Shown here piece by piece: positions 1 to 11,904 of a stretch of DNA of 64,000 nt. This DNA comes from Octopus bimaculoides (lineage: Eukaryota): positions 22,512,656-22,576,655 of the forward strand of contig NC_069005.1 of NCBI RefSeq assembly GCF_001194135.2. Reading direction: 5' to 3'. The notes beneath the pieces are model-generated. The model ran no database searches, was not told the origin of the DNA, and saw only the letters and a program-made list of their open reading frames with translations. Made by a program: the position numbers and the translations under genes. Positions within the stretch are counted from its first letter, which is position 1. Each line of letters starts with the position of its first letter.

Positions 1-32
<32 letters not shown>

Positions 33-602
33 TCCTTCAGGTACTCTACTGTTGCATGATTTCCAAATTCAAAGCACTATGAAGGAATGCATGCAATTTC
101 TGGGCTTTTTGTTGTTTTTTTTACTTTTGATTTAAATTCATTCTCATTATTTTATAGAATTTGTTTTAATAAGATAAACATAAATAGATCTATTTAATGA
201 AAAGGACATACATATTCATACATATACACATGTATGAATTTGAGCTCAAGAAGACCTGTCAAGCCAAGTGAAACCAAAGTTGTGGCTGATAGCACGTAAC
301 AGGTACCCACAATGTTTAATTACTGATTGTTAATCTAAATCAATTTTGTTTAAAAAAGAAATTAATTTAGAATATAATTGTGATAATAGGAGCAATTAAT
401 TGCATGTAAAAGTAAAGCTCTATATCAAATGCGAGGTTAATGAATTTGCAAATCTTTAGGTAAAGCTATGGGAACAGTAATTTTCAATTACACTTTATTT
501 TAAAACAAATTTACAAGATGTAAAAAGTGACGGGCATTGCATGGCTAATCCATTAACGTATGGTGAGTAACAACAAAATTCAACATTAAAAATTAACTTT
601 GT

Positions 603-780
603 GCATGGCTGTTGTGTGGTTAAGAAATTTACTCAACAACTGTATGGTTTTAGGTTCAGTCCCACCACATGCCATCTTGGGCAAGTGACTTCTACTAAAG
701 CCTCAGGGAGTTCAATAAATGCTTTTGAGAGTGAAATATAATATGGTAGACAAAAACTGTGTGAGTGCCCTTGGTATATG
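603..780 (+). mobile_element. tRNA-headed SINE (family A), 5' half, decayed
   Basis: GGCTG..TGTGGTTAAGAA...GGTTCAGTCCCAC...TTGGGCAAGTGACTTCTACT head shared with many copies in the window. Confidence 0.75.
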
Positions 781-863
781 TATATATTCTTTTATTCTTT
801 TATATGTTTCAGCCCTAAGGCTGTGGCCATACTGGAGCACTGCAAGGGGAAAATATAACTAGC

Positions 864-935
864 CTCCCTGGTGAAGAATTGAACCTCAGTTTCCTGTGTG
901 ACAGGCAGGGATACATACCACTATACTACTGAGGA
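864..935 (-). pseudogene. tRNA-Asp(GUC) pseudogene, CpG-decayed
   Basis: The reverse complement reads TCCTCAGTAGTATAGTGGTATGTATCCCTGCCTGTCACACAGGAAACTGAGGTTCAATTCTTCACCAGGGAG (72 nt). It is collinear with metazoan tRNA-Asp: anticodon loop CTGTCAC, A and B boxes. There are two acceptor-stem mismatches and one anticodon-stem mismatch, at former CpGs. A T4 run follows (850-853 on -) and there is no CCA. Confidence 0.9.
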
Positions 936-1775
936 CCAGCTCCATGTGTGTACATGCATACCTATATACACCTCTCAACAACAGGTGTTTACTTATTTAC
1001 ATCCAATAACTTAGCTGTTAGAGAAAAAGGGTCTGATGGTGAAAGACCCATAACCCTGTACAACCTCCAGGAACATCACTGACAAAACATTCTAGAGCAT
1101 TTGTGAATATATTTTGCAGACATTATTACATTCAATAATATATTCTTTCTAATTTTGGCAACAAGGTCAGCAATTTTAAGGATGGAGTGGTGGGAGGTGG
1201 CATTCAATTACAGCAACTGCAGTCCTTGACTGATATTTATTTTATCAATGCTAGAGGAATGAAAAGCAAAGTTGACCCCAGCAGAATTTGAATTCAGCAT
1301 AAGTTGAAAGAAATGCCTCAAGGTATTTCGTCCAATGCACTAACAATTCTGCAACCAGGGTGACACTAAACAGAGTGATGCCAATACACAGCAATACACT
1401 AGATTTGAAAACAAGACAGGATGGTCACAGCTGGAATACTTTTGATAATGTCTGCTTGATCAAGGACAATCTAGAGCTAAACAACAGTGATGCACAGACA
1501 CAGAACATAACGAGGAGCTGTGAAACTGACACCAAATCATCTATTAAGGTATTGTTAAAAGCTGAAATACCGGATAGCCAGCCGATGGAATTTACTCCTA
1601 CCTTCAATTTCATTGTTTCAAAATTTAACTAAACAAAAAGAAAATGCCCTTTTACTTAATATTTTACAGCATTATTATTTCAGTTAAAAACTAATCCTGG
1701 GTGTAAATGACTGAATTTCAGCCTGCTAGCTTTTGTCAGAATAATTTAATAAATATGTACTCATGCTGATGTCAT

Positions 1776-2236
1776 GTAAAAAGCACTGGTGTTGGTGTCA
1801 CGTAAAAAGCACTGGTACTGGCACCACATAAAAAGCACTGGTGCTGGTGTCACGTTAAAAGCGCTGGTGCTAGTCCCACATAAAAAACACTGGTGCTGAT
1901 GCCACATAAAAGGCACTGGTGCTGGTGCCACATAAAAGGCACTGGTGCTGGTGCCACATAAAAGGCACTGGTGGTGGTTCCACATTAAAAGCATTGGTGT
2001 TGGTGCCACATAAAAAGCACTGGTGATGGCATCACATTAAAAGCATTGGTGCCACATAAACAGCACCCAGTACACTCTGTAAAATGGTTGGCATTAGGAA
2101 GGGCATCTGGCAATAGAAACTATGCCAGAACAGACAATGGAGCCTAATGCAACCCCTGGTCTTACCAGTTCAGGTTAAACCATCCAACCCATGCCAGCAT
2201 GGAAAACTGAAGTTAAATTACAATGATGATGATGAA
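1776..2236 (+). mobile_element. RTE-type LINE 3' end (or derived SINE) with internal 26-bp tandem array and (GAT)n tail
   Basis: About 10 units of RTAAAAAGCACTGGTGCTGGTGCCAC (1776-2056), then GGTTGGCATTAGGAAGGGCATC...CCAACCCATGCCAGCATGGAAA...GATGATGATG. This is the same tail that follows the RTE RT C-terminus at 57245-58020. Confidence 0.75.
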
Positions 2237-2269
2237 GACTATTAAAAGTAATGAGTGATTCTTCAATCA

Positions 2270-2610
2270 TGTGTAGCTATGTCTGTTTGGTTAAGAAATT
2301 TGGTTTGCAACCATGTACAGCACTTTGGGCAAGTGTCTGCTACAATAGTCCTGGGCTGACCAATGCCTTATGAGTGAATTTGGTAAATGGAAATTGCAAG
2401 GAAGTCATTCATATGTGTGTGTGTGTGTTTGTTCCCCTCACTACTGCTTGCCAATCAGTGTCGGCTTGTTTTATACCTGCAGTTTAACAAAAGAGACCAA
2501 CGAAATAAGCACTAGACTTAAAAATAAGTACTAGAGTCAATTTGTTTGACTAAATCTGTCGAGGCAGTGCCCCAACATGGCCACAGTCCAATGAGACAAG
2601 TAAAAGAAAC
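2270..2610 (+). mobile_element. SINE family A, near full length with internal (TG)n
   Basis: Head, then TG microsatellite, then 3' half ending CATGGCCACAGTC...ACAAGTAAAAGA. Other copies or halves lie at about 7075-7280+, 15360-15597+, 18040-18720+, 22285-22625-, 25385-25535-, 30710-30835+, 31135-31255-, 55888-56050+ and 56420-56890-. Confidence 0.75.
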
Positions 2611-3385
2611 ATAATATTAAATTGTTTTTATATTCATAACTCGACATACAAAGATTAATATATGTTACTAGTTTACTGTGGCAATGCTAGGGGACTAATG
2701 TTATAAATGTAATATGTCACCGAGAGTTTAAAAGAAAAATTAAATATAAAAATCAAAATGAAATGTACTACCCATCCGTGACTCTCTCTCTCACACACAC
2801 AGAGTAGGAATAGTAAAGAAACCTGAGATTTAAAAAAAATTGGTAAATCCCCAAAACAAAAAAAAAAACATTCATGTTTAGTGTTGAAAAATTTCAATTT
2901 AAATCTTCAACGTAAATTTCCAAACAATAAGGGGAGAGAGGGAGAGAGAGAGAGAGGGAGGGNNNNNNNNNNGAGGGAGGGAGAGAGAAAGAGAGGGAGG
3001 GAGAGAGAGAGAGAGGGAGGGAGAGAGAAAGAGATGTGTGTGTTTTAGCAGATGGGATGTAGGAGATGGATGTGTGGCTAGGTAGATAAATTGGTGAGTG
3101 GGGTATGATGTGAGAATTGAGGGCAGACAGGAAATTTGATACAGAAATCTCTATTAAACCACCCCACCCCACAACACCTCTCTACTTCAAAATATATGTT
3201 GTCTACGATCACCACACCTCCACCACCACCACCACCAATATTATTATTATTAGTAGTAGTAGTAGTAACATTAGTATTATTATTATTATACTTAAATGGC
3301 AGCGCCTTACACTACACAGTAACAGATGTAATATCAGAAGAGGCTGGTTGGGCAGTGAACAGGGAGGAGGAGGAGGAGGAGGAGG

Positions 3386-3418
<33 letters not shown>

Positions 3419-3701
3419 GATATATATATATAGAAGTGAGGAGGTGTGTTATAGGGTTAGGAAGAGATAGATTAATTTATTTCCTCTAACAGATCAAAAG
3501 CTGTCTATTAGTAGTAGTAGTAATAGTAACAGCAGCAACAGCAAAATTTCAAATACTGCTACTACTAATGCTTCATCTTTTGTCTCTCACAACTACGTAC
3601 AGACCCTATATAAAGTTCAACAGGGAGGAGTGAGAGATGTAATTTCATGCCTTCGCGAAAGTCATTATAATTTCACCTCTTATTTCAATGATAGAAATAT
3701 G

Positions 3702-3743
<42 letters not shown>

Positions 3744-3889
3744 TTGAAAAGCTAAATTGACCGCGTTGCAATTTAATATCAATACATAACGAGATCAAAG
3801 TAAACATAACAAAGCATCGATCAGGCCAATGCCCTACAAATTCTCTTATCCACTGCTCTTTTTTTTTTTTATAAATGTTTCTGATTTAA

Positions 3890-4871
3890 GCAGCTTAGGG
3901 GGAAGAGGATTAGGCAATTACACTGAGCCCAGTACTCAACTGGTACTGTATTTTATTAGCCTTGTAGGAACAAAAGGCAAAAGTTGACTTCAGCAAGATT
4001 TTATCTAGGAAGATAAAGGGCCCACAGCAAATATCAACAAATATTTTTACCTGACACTTTTAATGATTGTGTCAATCCAAAGTAAATAAATAATAACCAA
4101 TAATTCTAATATAGGCACAGGGTCAGAATTTGGGGGGATGGGGCTAGTACATCAACCCCAGTACTTATTTCACTGACCCCCAAAAGGATGCAAAGCAAAG
4201 TCAACCTCAGCAGAGTTTGAACCTGGAATGTAAAGACAAGCAAAATACCACGAAGCATTTTACAGCCTTGCAGGGACAAAAGGCAAAAGTTGACTTCAGC
4301 AAGGGCCCACAGCAAATATCAACAAGGTATTTTTACCTGACAGTTTTAATGACTGTGCCAATCCATAATAAATGAATAAATAAATAAATAATAATAATAA
4401 TAATAATAATAATGATGATTATGATGATAATAATTCTTTCTACTATAGGCACAAGGTCTGAATTTTGGGTAAATAAATTACATCAACCCCAGTGCTCAAA
4501 TGGTACATATTTTATTGACCCCGAAAGGATGAAAGGCAAAACTGACCTCAACAAAATTTGAACTTAGAATGTGATGACATGAAATGCTGCTAAGCATTTT
4601 GTCCAGTGTACTGACAATTCTACCAGCTTGCCACCTAATAATAATAATAATCCTTTCTACTGTAGGCACAAGGCCTGAATTTTGAGGGTGGGGACAAGTC
4701 AATTACATCGATGCCAGCGTTTCACTGGTACTTAATTTATTGACCCCCGAAAGGAAGAAAGGCAAAGTCAACCTTGGCAGAATTTGAACTCAGAACATAG
4801 CAACAGACAAAATACCGCTAAGCATTTCGCGCAGTATGCTAATGATTCTGCCAGCTCACCACCTTCATCAC

Positions 4872-4904
<33 letters not shown>

Positions 4905-5472
4905 GAAGAGTGCCATTTGCTATCTTGTGAACAATATTTCGACATCTCGCGTGTCTTCCACTGGTTCAAAAAATAAATTTGTCAATCTACTTCATTTTGG
5001 TTAATATAGAAAGGATTGAGGTAACTCCTCCTGAAGATATAGAGTCAAAATTAAAAGAAGAGTGCCATTTGCTATCTTGTGACAAATTTTTTGAACCAGT
5101 GGAAGACACGCGAGATGTCGAAATATTGTTCACAAGATAGCAAATGGCACTCTTCTTTTAATTTTGACTCTATATCTTCAGGAGGAGTTACCTCAATCCT
5201 TTCTATATTAATAATAATAATAATAATAATAGTCTCAAATTTTGGCACAAGGTCAGCAAGTTCAGAGGAGAGGGGTAAGTCAATTAAAATGACCCATTAT
5301 TCAGCTAGTACTTATTTTCCAGCGGTTTACCTTCTGAGTTCAAATGCCGCTGAGGTCAACTTTGCCTTTCATCCTTTTGGGGTCAATAAAATAAGTACCA
5401 GTTAAACACTGGATCGATGTAATCAACTTACCTGCTCCCCCAAAATTGCTGGCTTTGTGCCAAAATTTGAAA

Positions 5473-5529
<57 letters not shown>

Positions 5530-5950
5530 CATCATTATCAAGGTGGCAAGCTGGCAGAATGGTTAGCAGGCTAAGCTAAATGCTTAGCAGTATTTCGTCT
5601 GCCTTTATGCTCTGAGTTCAAATTCTGCCAGGGTTGACTTTGCTTTTCATCCTTTCGGGGTCTACTAAATCGACTAGTCCCCTCCCACCAAATTCCAGGC
5701 TTTGTGCCTATAGTAGAAAGGATTATTATTATTATTATTCACACTGGGCAAAATGCTTAGCAGTATTTCGTCCATCTTCATGTTCTGAGTCCAAATTCCG
5801 CCAAGGTTGACTTTGCCTTTCATCCTCTTGGGGTTGATAAAACAAGTACCAGTTGAGTACTGTGGTCAATGTAATCGGCTACCCTCCTCCCACAAAATTT
5901 CAGGCCTTGTGCCTATGTTAGAAAGGATTATTATTATTATTATTATTATT
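3890..5950. mobile_element. Cluster of about 8-10 SINE family B copies separated by (AAT)n/(TAT)n tracts
   Basis: Recurrent core GAGTTCAAAT..GCC.AGGT(C/T)(A/G)ACTTTGCCTTTCATCCTTT.GGGGT..ATAAAA.AAGTACCAG in both orientations. Further copies at about 1145-1360, 16390-16510, 17695-17915, 21000-21400, 34580-34800, 39360-39550, 50870-51350, 52810-54125 and 60400-60530. Confidence 0.8.
4904..5210. mobile_element. Fold-back duplication, probable Penelope-like pseudo-LTR fragment inserted in (AAT)n
   Basis: Perfect 81-bp inverted repeat (5002-5082 / 5130-5210). 4904-4984 is an inverted copy of 5079-5156. AAT repeats flank both sides, and it contains a hammerhead-like fold on each strand. Confidence 0.6.
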
Positions 5951-6539
5951 AACAGCAGCATCACCAGCAGCACAATCTTTTAAAAAAGATTCAGAGTCTT
6001 TGAATTTATTTTGCCATATTGATGGAAAGGACATCTGTTAACTTCTCTACAAGTCCTCCCACATTTAACTGCAGCTAAACCTCGTGATGCCACCAAAAAA
6101 AGTGAAAGAAAGAAGTCAATAACAGTGAGAAGTATAGACCATTTAATATCCACTGTGAAGTCAGTAATGTTCAAACTGTTGTTGTTCCATTCTTCACTGC
6201 CCTTCCCAACTAATGCCATCCCTCACGTCAACAGCCTCTTTTAATTTAGTATTAATGTGCCATTTATAGAGAAATATATAATCAGTGGTGGCAAGATGTA
6301 ATTTATGATAACCAAGCACTGCAGTTTGTCACCAGCTCCACACTAACACCACAATTCCATCATCAGTACAACCGACGTGAGAGGATCAGTGGACTGTCTA
6401 TTGCAGGCAAATCAATACTAGATTACAATCAGCTTTGCTGCCATCTCTGTTGTACAGTTGGCTGGTTGGTTGGTTGAACAGAGAAGAGAAGAAAACATTT
6501 TTTTTTTTTTTTTTTTTTATAGAAATTTAGGGCAGTGTT

Positions 6540-6770
6540 GATCAACAGTTGGTATTCTTTAGTCCCAAGTCAGACCTGATCCAGTAAACTTGCAATCAAA
6601 GATGTTCCGGTCATGACCATCCAGTTTTTTTTTGTTTGTTTTTCTTAGGTTTATTGAATCTAGGACTACATTAATCCATGTTTCTACTCTTTTTATAAAA
6701 TGCAGTGATGAGAGAGAGAGTTAGCTATTTCTAGCAGGTCGACTTGATCAGGGTTGACTTGGAGGCTAAA
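6540..6770 (+). mobile_element. SINE-like family D copy
   Basis: TTTAG.CCC..GTCAG.CCTGAT...ATCAAAG..GTTCC.G.CATGACCATCC...CTAGGACTACATTA...GCTATTTCTAGCAGG. Recurs at about 22050-22240-, 32590-32760+, 33640-33830+, 38460-38680+, 41740-41900+, 42860-43170+, 43900-44000- and 50030-50180-. Confidence 0.65.
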
Positions 6771-9700
6771 GCAAAAAGACAATAACATGCAGAGGATTCA
6801 TGAGCTATTGGAAGAAGTGTGTAAGTGGTTACACTAACTACTAGAAATAGCAGCCAAATCTCCACTGAGCTCAGTATATGATGAGCAAGAGATAGAAAAG
6901 AAAAGGAAGAAATAATGACTAAGAGTATGGAAGACAAGTATGAGGAACCAAATTATAGTAATTTTACAAAATATTCTTACTATTATCAATATTCGCATGA
7001 ATAAAGATTAAGTCTCTTGCGCTACACACATAGCAAATGGTGCTACAAGATTGAACATGGTGCAGGCATGCCTGTGTGTCAGTGTTTGTCTCCCCACCAT
7101 TGCTTCACAACTGATGTTGGTGTATTTACATCTCTGTAACTTAGCGGTTCAGCAAAAGAGACCGATAGAATAAGTACTAGGCTTACAAAGTCCATGGGTC
7201 AATTTCTTCGACTAGAACCCAAGGCAGCACTCCATCATGGCTGCAGTCAAGTGACTGAAACAAGTAAAAGAATAAAAGAATGAGGTTTAGTTTCCATCCT
7301 TTCAATTTTACTTTCTATTCCTGTCGAGACCAATATTACCTTTCACTCCTCCAAGAGTTCAAGAATACCAGCTATATATTGGGTTTTCAATAAACCAAAC
7401 GCATCAGCAGCAGTGAGATTTAAAGTTTGGTTTACTATTTAAGACAGTGGAATGGCAGAAATGGTACAGTGCTGGATTTACAGGATTTAGTTTCAGCATT
7501 CTTCTTGGGTTCAAATCATAGGTAACCTTTTATCCCTCTAGAAGTTGACATTTGCCTTCTAAATCTCCAAGGGTGTGGTGGAGACTCTCTAGTCAACTTT
7601 ACCTTTCTTCTCTCCAAGAAATTCAATCAAAATAAGCCACTCCCCATATATGGTTTTGTTGCAGTGCGACAAAGTGACTGAAAAAAGTAAAAGACACCTG
7701 GTCTACACTGACATGTGTATAGTATATGTGCATGAGAAAGTGCAAGCTTGAGTAATGTGTGTGTGTCTGTGTGTGTGTGCATCTAAACAAGAAGAGATGT
7801 GAAAAGGAAATTCTAAGAGACCTTCAATAATGTTGTCACACTAAGTCTAGAACATTCTAAAAATGACATTTTCTTTTGTACAGTTTACATAGCATCCAGG
7901 GGATACTGACATATGGTAAGAATGGTTCCACACAGCCTGTAGAAGTGATGGCCCTTGATGAAAATGGTGGTGGTGGTATTATTATAATTATGAAGTTTTT
8001 TGTAGTAATGTCATATTAAAAACATGACATAAATTCAATGATCAGATGACACATCTCACCTGTAATGGCTTCCTATTCTGGCAGTAAAGAAAAGAAAAAA
8101 ATAACTGTCTTTTTCTTTAGAAAGTCAAACAACAGTTAAAAAAGCCTGAAGGGGATTTAACATAGCTTTAGAAGGAATACGGCATAAGTAAATCCAAAGA
8201 GACAGTTTTTGGTAACATAGCAGTTGTTAACAAAAAAAATTTTAATTTATCGACCACATACTCTATGTATATGCTCGGCTAGTTCACTGATAGGCAGTGT
8301 TTTAGCATGGCAGGGATGACTCCCTCAAAGTGCTGGGTGTTATAATACCTAAAAGTTATAGACAAGCAAGACAACTCATCCCAAATTCCATTCCAGAGCG
8401 ATGGATATCGATATGTCACCATTTTTGTGGACTATTGACATCACGTACCTGAATCAAATTGGAGGTGAACTGAATCACCAGTCAATGACTACATGCTAAA
8501 AATAATTAAGGGGTGAGAACTAACCTTTTATAAAAAATGGAGGGGGGGGGGTAAAAAAAAAACTACCAGAGAATGACACTATCAAATTAACCAGTGGCAG
8601 ATTAGTCTTAGAATGTTTGTTACTCCATAAAACAGAAACCTAGTGTCACTGATAACGGCAAATAGGATGAAGGCCTCGAGAAAAAGAAATTAAAATCCTT
8701 ATCTCTTCTCTGTAAATTTATATTTGAACATAAAATTCCTGTTTTACTAAGTTTTAATGGAATCCACCACACACACACACACACACACACACATCTGCCT
8801 TTTCCCATATCTTGCACTCTATCCATTCTACCCCTTCTCATGCCATTGGTCTCTCGCCCTCCCTTTCTCTACCTATCTTTCTCTCTCTTTCTATTCCCCT
8901 TCTCAGTCACCTGATTAAATGCACATGCCTTAGATTATTGAGTACTCTCTACTTACACTCTAAAGATTAGCTTTCTGCTGCCATTGCTTCCTTTCTTATT
9001 CCCCACCCCACTTCCTGTGACAGTGCTATGATGGAACCCACCAGACTCCTCCTACAAGTGTATGCTGAGCAAGGTTACCTTTCTAGTGCTGACAACACAA
9101 AATGTGCCCTCAGTTCAATCCTCAAAAAAGTGATTGATAAAATGAGCAGAGAAAGTGTAAGACCGTGAAATTCCCTTTAATCCTGTCTACCCAAAGACTA
9201 TTCAACATCTCTAGTATTGGCACAAGAAAATGCACCTAATACTCTTTGTAAAGTAGCTGGCAAGAGGAAGGGCTTTCAGCTAAAGAAACCAAACCAAATA
9301 ACACATACAAGCTCCCATCTTTAGGAGCAATAGCACCCTATAAGAAATTAATCAGACTATGACACCCATCCAACCCATGCCAGCAAAGAAAGCAGACAAA
9401 AGAAAAAATAGTAATGATGATAATAATGATGGTATATGAGACTGACAGTCAGATTCTTATGGATGTGGGTGATTTTGTGAAGGAAACCAATAAATTTGTT
9501 GATCCCAAGTGAAAAAAAAATTTCATGTGCTGTCGTAATGGAAGAACCCAGGAAACATGGAAGAGAAGTAGTTAGATTGGATCTCAAAATATATTAGGCC
9601 TCATAGACAAGATAAAAGATGAGATTAAGTAGAGCAATAAGCTGTACTACAGACCACACTATCTATCCCTATATTAACAATGTATAACTATCATTGAAAC

Positions 9701-9832
9701 AAAACACAATTGCCATTATCAGAATCATAATGATGATGATTCAAAAATAATTTACTAATTCACTGTAAGATATCTTCTACGGTTATTCTTGTGTGCTTGT
9801 AATCAGATCTATCCCTTCAGGGAAACATCATT

Positions 9833-10050
9833 GTCATCATCATTTAACATGTTTTCCATGCTGGCACGGGTTGCAGCGTTTGATCAGAGCTGTTAAGGTC
9901 AGGGGCCACACCAGGCTCCATTGTCTGTTCTGGCTTGGTTTCTATGGCTAGATGCCCTTCCTAATGCCAACCACTCAACAGAGAGTACTGTGTACTTTTT
10001 ATGTGGCACCAGCACCAGTGCTTTTAATGTGGCACCAGTACCGGTATCAA
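9833..10050 (-). mobile_element. RTE-type 3' end fragment
   Basis: Reverse complement of the shared RTE tail (GGATGCCCTTCCTAATGCCAACCAC...). Other short copies at about 30290-30550-, 47500-47550-, 47660-47735+ and 63075-63125-. Confidence 0.7.
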
Positions 10051-11904
10051 TTCTGCTGTGGTAGACAGGTTTCCTTGAATACAGCAAGACACCAAAACTA
10101 ACATTATAACAATAATGATGCTGATGATGATGACAACAAAAAACATTCAAAATATATTTACTAACTCAATGTAAACTATCTTCCATATTTATTACCATCT
10201 ATTTATAGCCCAATCTATATACGTATAGCAAAATATCTGATAACACAAAGATCTCACAAGCTACACTAAATCTGGCAAACACCTAAAACAAAGGGAAATG
10301 GCTGAAATCATAATTTACTGGTTGAAATGGTAAACAAGCAGCATGGAATTTAGCCAGGACAGTTAACATACATCATCAGCTTCATTTTAAGCCAATTTTT
10401 CCATAAAACATAATACATGGCTGAATCAGCTAGACTGTGTCACCATTTCACATGGACCTTCTTCTTCATCTGAGCAAACAAAGCAACAATGTAAAACCCA
10501 GCAAACTTTGTTACTGTGTATGCCATGTTACTTTGGTATGGTTTTTCACAGCTGGATGTCCTCCTTATAACCAAACATTTTTCACCATGGAATGTATGGA
10601 CTGGGTGTATTTTATCATGCAGCCAGCATTAACTATTAACATTAATGATCTATCAGTTTTCAGTTACCAATGATAAACACTACAACTATTTTGAAATGGT
10701 CATATAAGCAAAGATTGTGAGACTAAAAAATAATTAGATTTGTTTTGTTGAGGTGGGGGGGGGGCAGTTATCACCTGATGCAAATCAGATTTTGTTGTGT
10801 TTTACAATATACTTATAAGGTCAATGAGCAATATCAGATGGATACCAGCAAATATGCAACACACACCCGTCAAATGCCACCTATCCATATCTACTAAAAA
10901 AGGACTCGCACCAAGTTGCTTGAGAATGAAATTTGCTTAGGGGGTGCAAACTTGGGTCCAAATTTTTTTTACAAACAAGGTTGATCTTTTATTTCAATCT
11001 TAATATCAAAGCAAATACAGGTGTAATAATATTTATTATTATTATTATTATATATGAAAAAGTAATGCTTCAAATCATACCAAAACTTTTTATATACTCG
11101 CTCATTTTGGTGATGAGGTTTTCCAACAGGATGTCCAAAATGTTTTTATTGCACAAGTTTTTATGTACATGCATGACAGTAGTGTGTCAAGATGGTGTTG
11201 CATCACTGTGGTAAGGAGTCAGGTCTTAAAACAACGAAGTGGGCTGAATATTCTCTCACTTGATGCAACAGACACAGGATTGCAACATGACAACATTCTC
11301 ATCATAAAAGCTTGTCTATAGTGTTTTCAGAAGAATGGTACATTAATGAACAAAGTTCAATGCATCAGTGACCATGGCAACCATAGAGCCAATTTCTTGG
11401 AGGACAAGATCCAGAGAGTGGTTTCCACAGTGGACAAAATATGTAGCAGGAAACATTTCTTTTAATCTCTTTTGTATGCCTAAAATGTTTCCACTCATGG
11501 TACATGCGCCATTGAAAGCAAAAGCAGCATAATTTTGAGCCCAGCAAAATGTTTAGACAACAAAAAACATCCAGAATAACCATAGTCAGTGTCTCTGAAG
11601 TGTTGAAAAAGCTGAGAAATTCTTCATGGACATCCTGATTTTTAGAAATCTAACAACAATAACTGATTCTTGTTCCATGCCAGAGCAATCACATATAACA
11701 GCAATAAACATGGAATCAACGATTTTTCTGATCTCATGTAGGGTATTATAAGTATATGCCTCTAGGATATCATTTTGTATGGTATCAGATAGGAAATTAA
11801 TTCGTCATTTAAGCTGCTGACTTATTTCTGTACCACATTTTCAGGCAAGTTCTTTTATGAGATTTACAAAATTCCCAGTGATGTCTGTTAACTTTCTCTT
11901 TTGA

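Noticed and set aside
1776-2056. CRISPR-like array of short palindromic repeats
   Set aside because: The units are contiguous with no unique spacers, there are no cas genes, the DNA is eukaryotic, and the array is embedded in an RTE-type 3' tail.
4322-4350. Near-match to miR-8/miR-200-family mature sequence on the minus strand (TAAAACTGTCAGGTAAAAATACC)
   Set aside because: The seed has a mismatch, there is no hairpin, and the segment aligns with the decayed SINE B body and its local duplicate.
5980-6219. Minus-strand 79-aa ORF with N-glycosylation sequons and a hydrophobic stretch (receptor-like)
   Set aside because: There is an in-frame stop just upstream, no recognisable family motif and no splice support. 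The length is within chance range.
11368-11381. RFX X-box consensus GTGACCATGGCAAC
   Set aside because: A degenerate motif like this is plausible by chance in 64 kb, and there is no identifiable promoter nearby.
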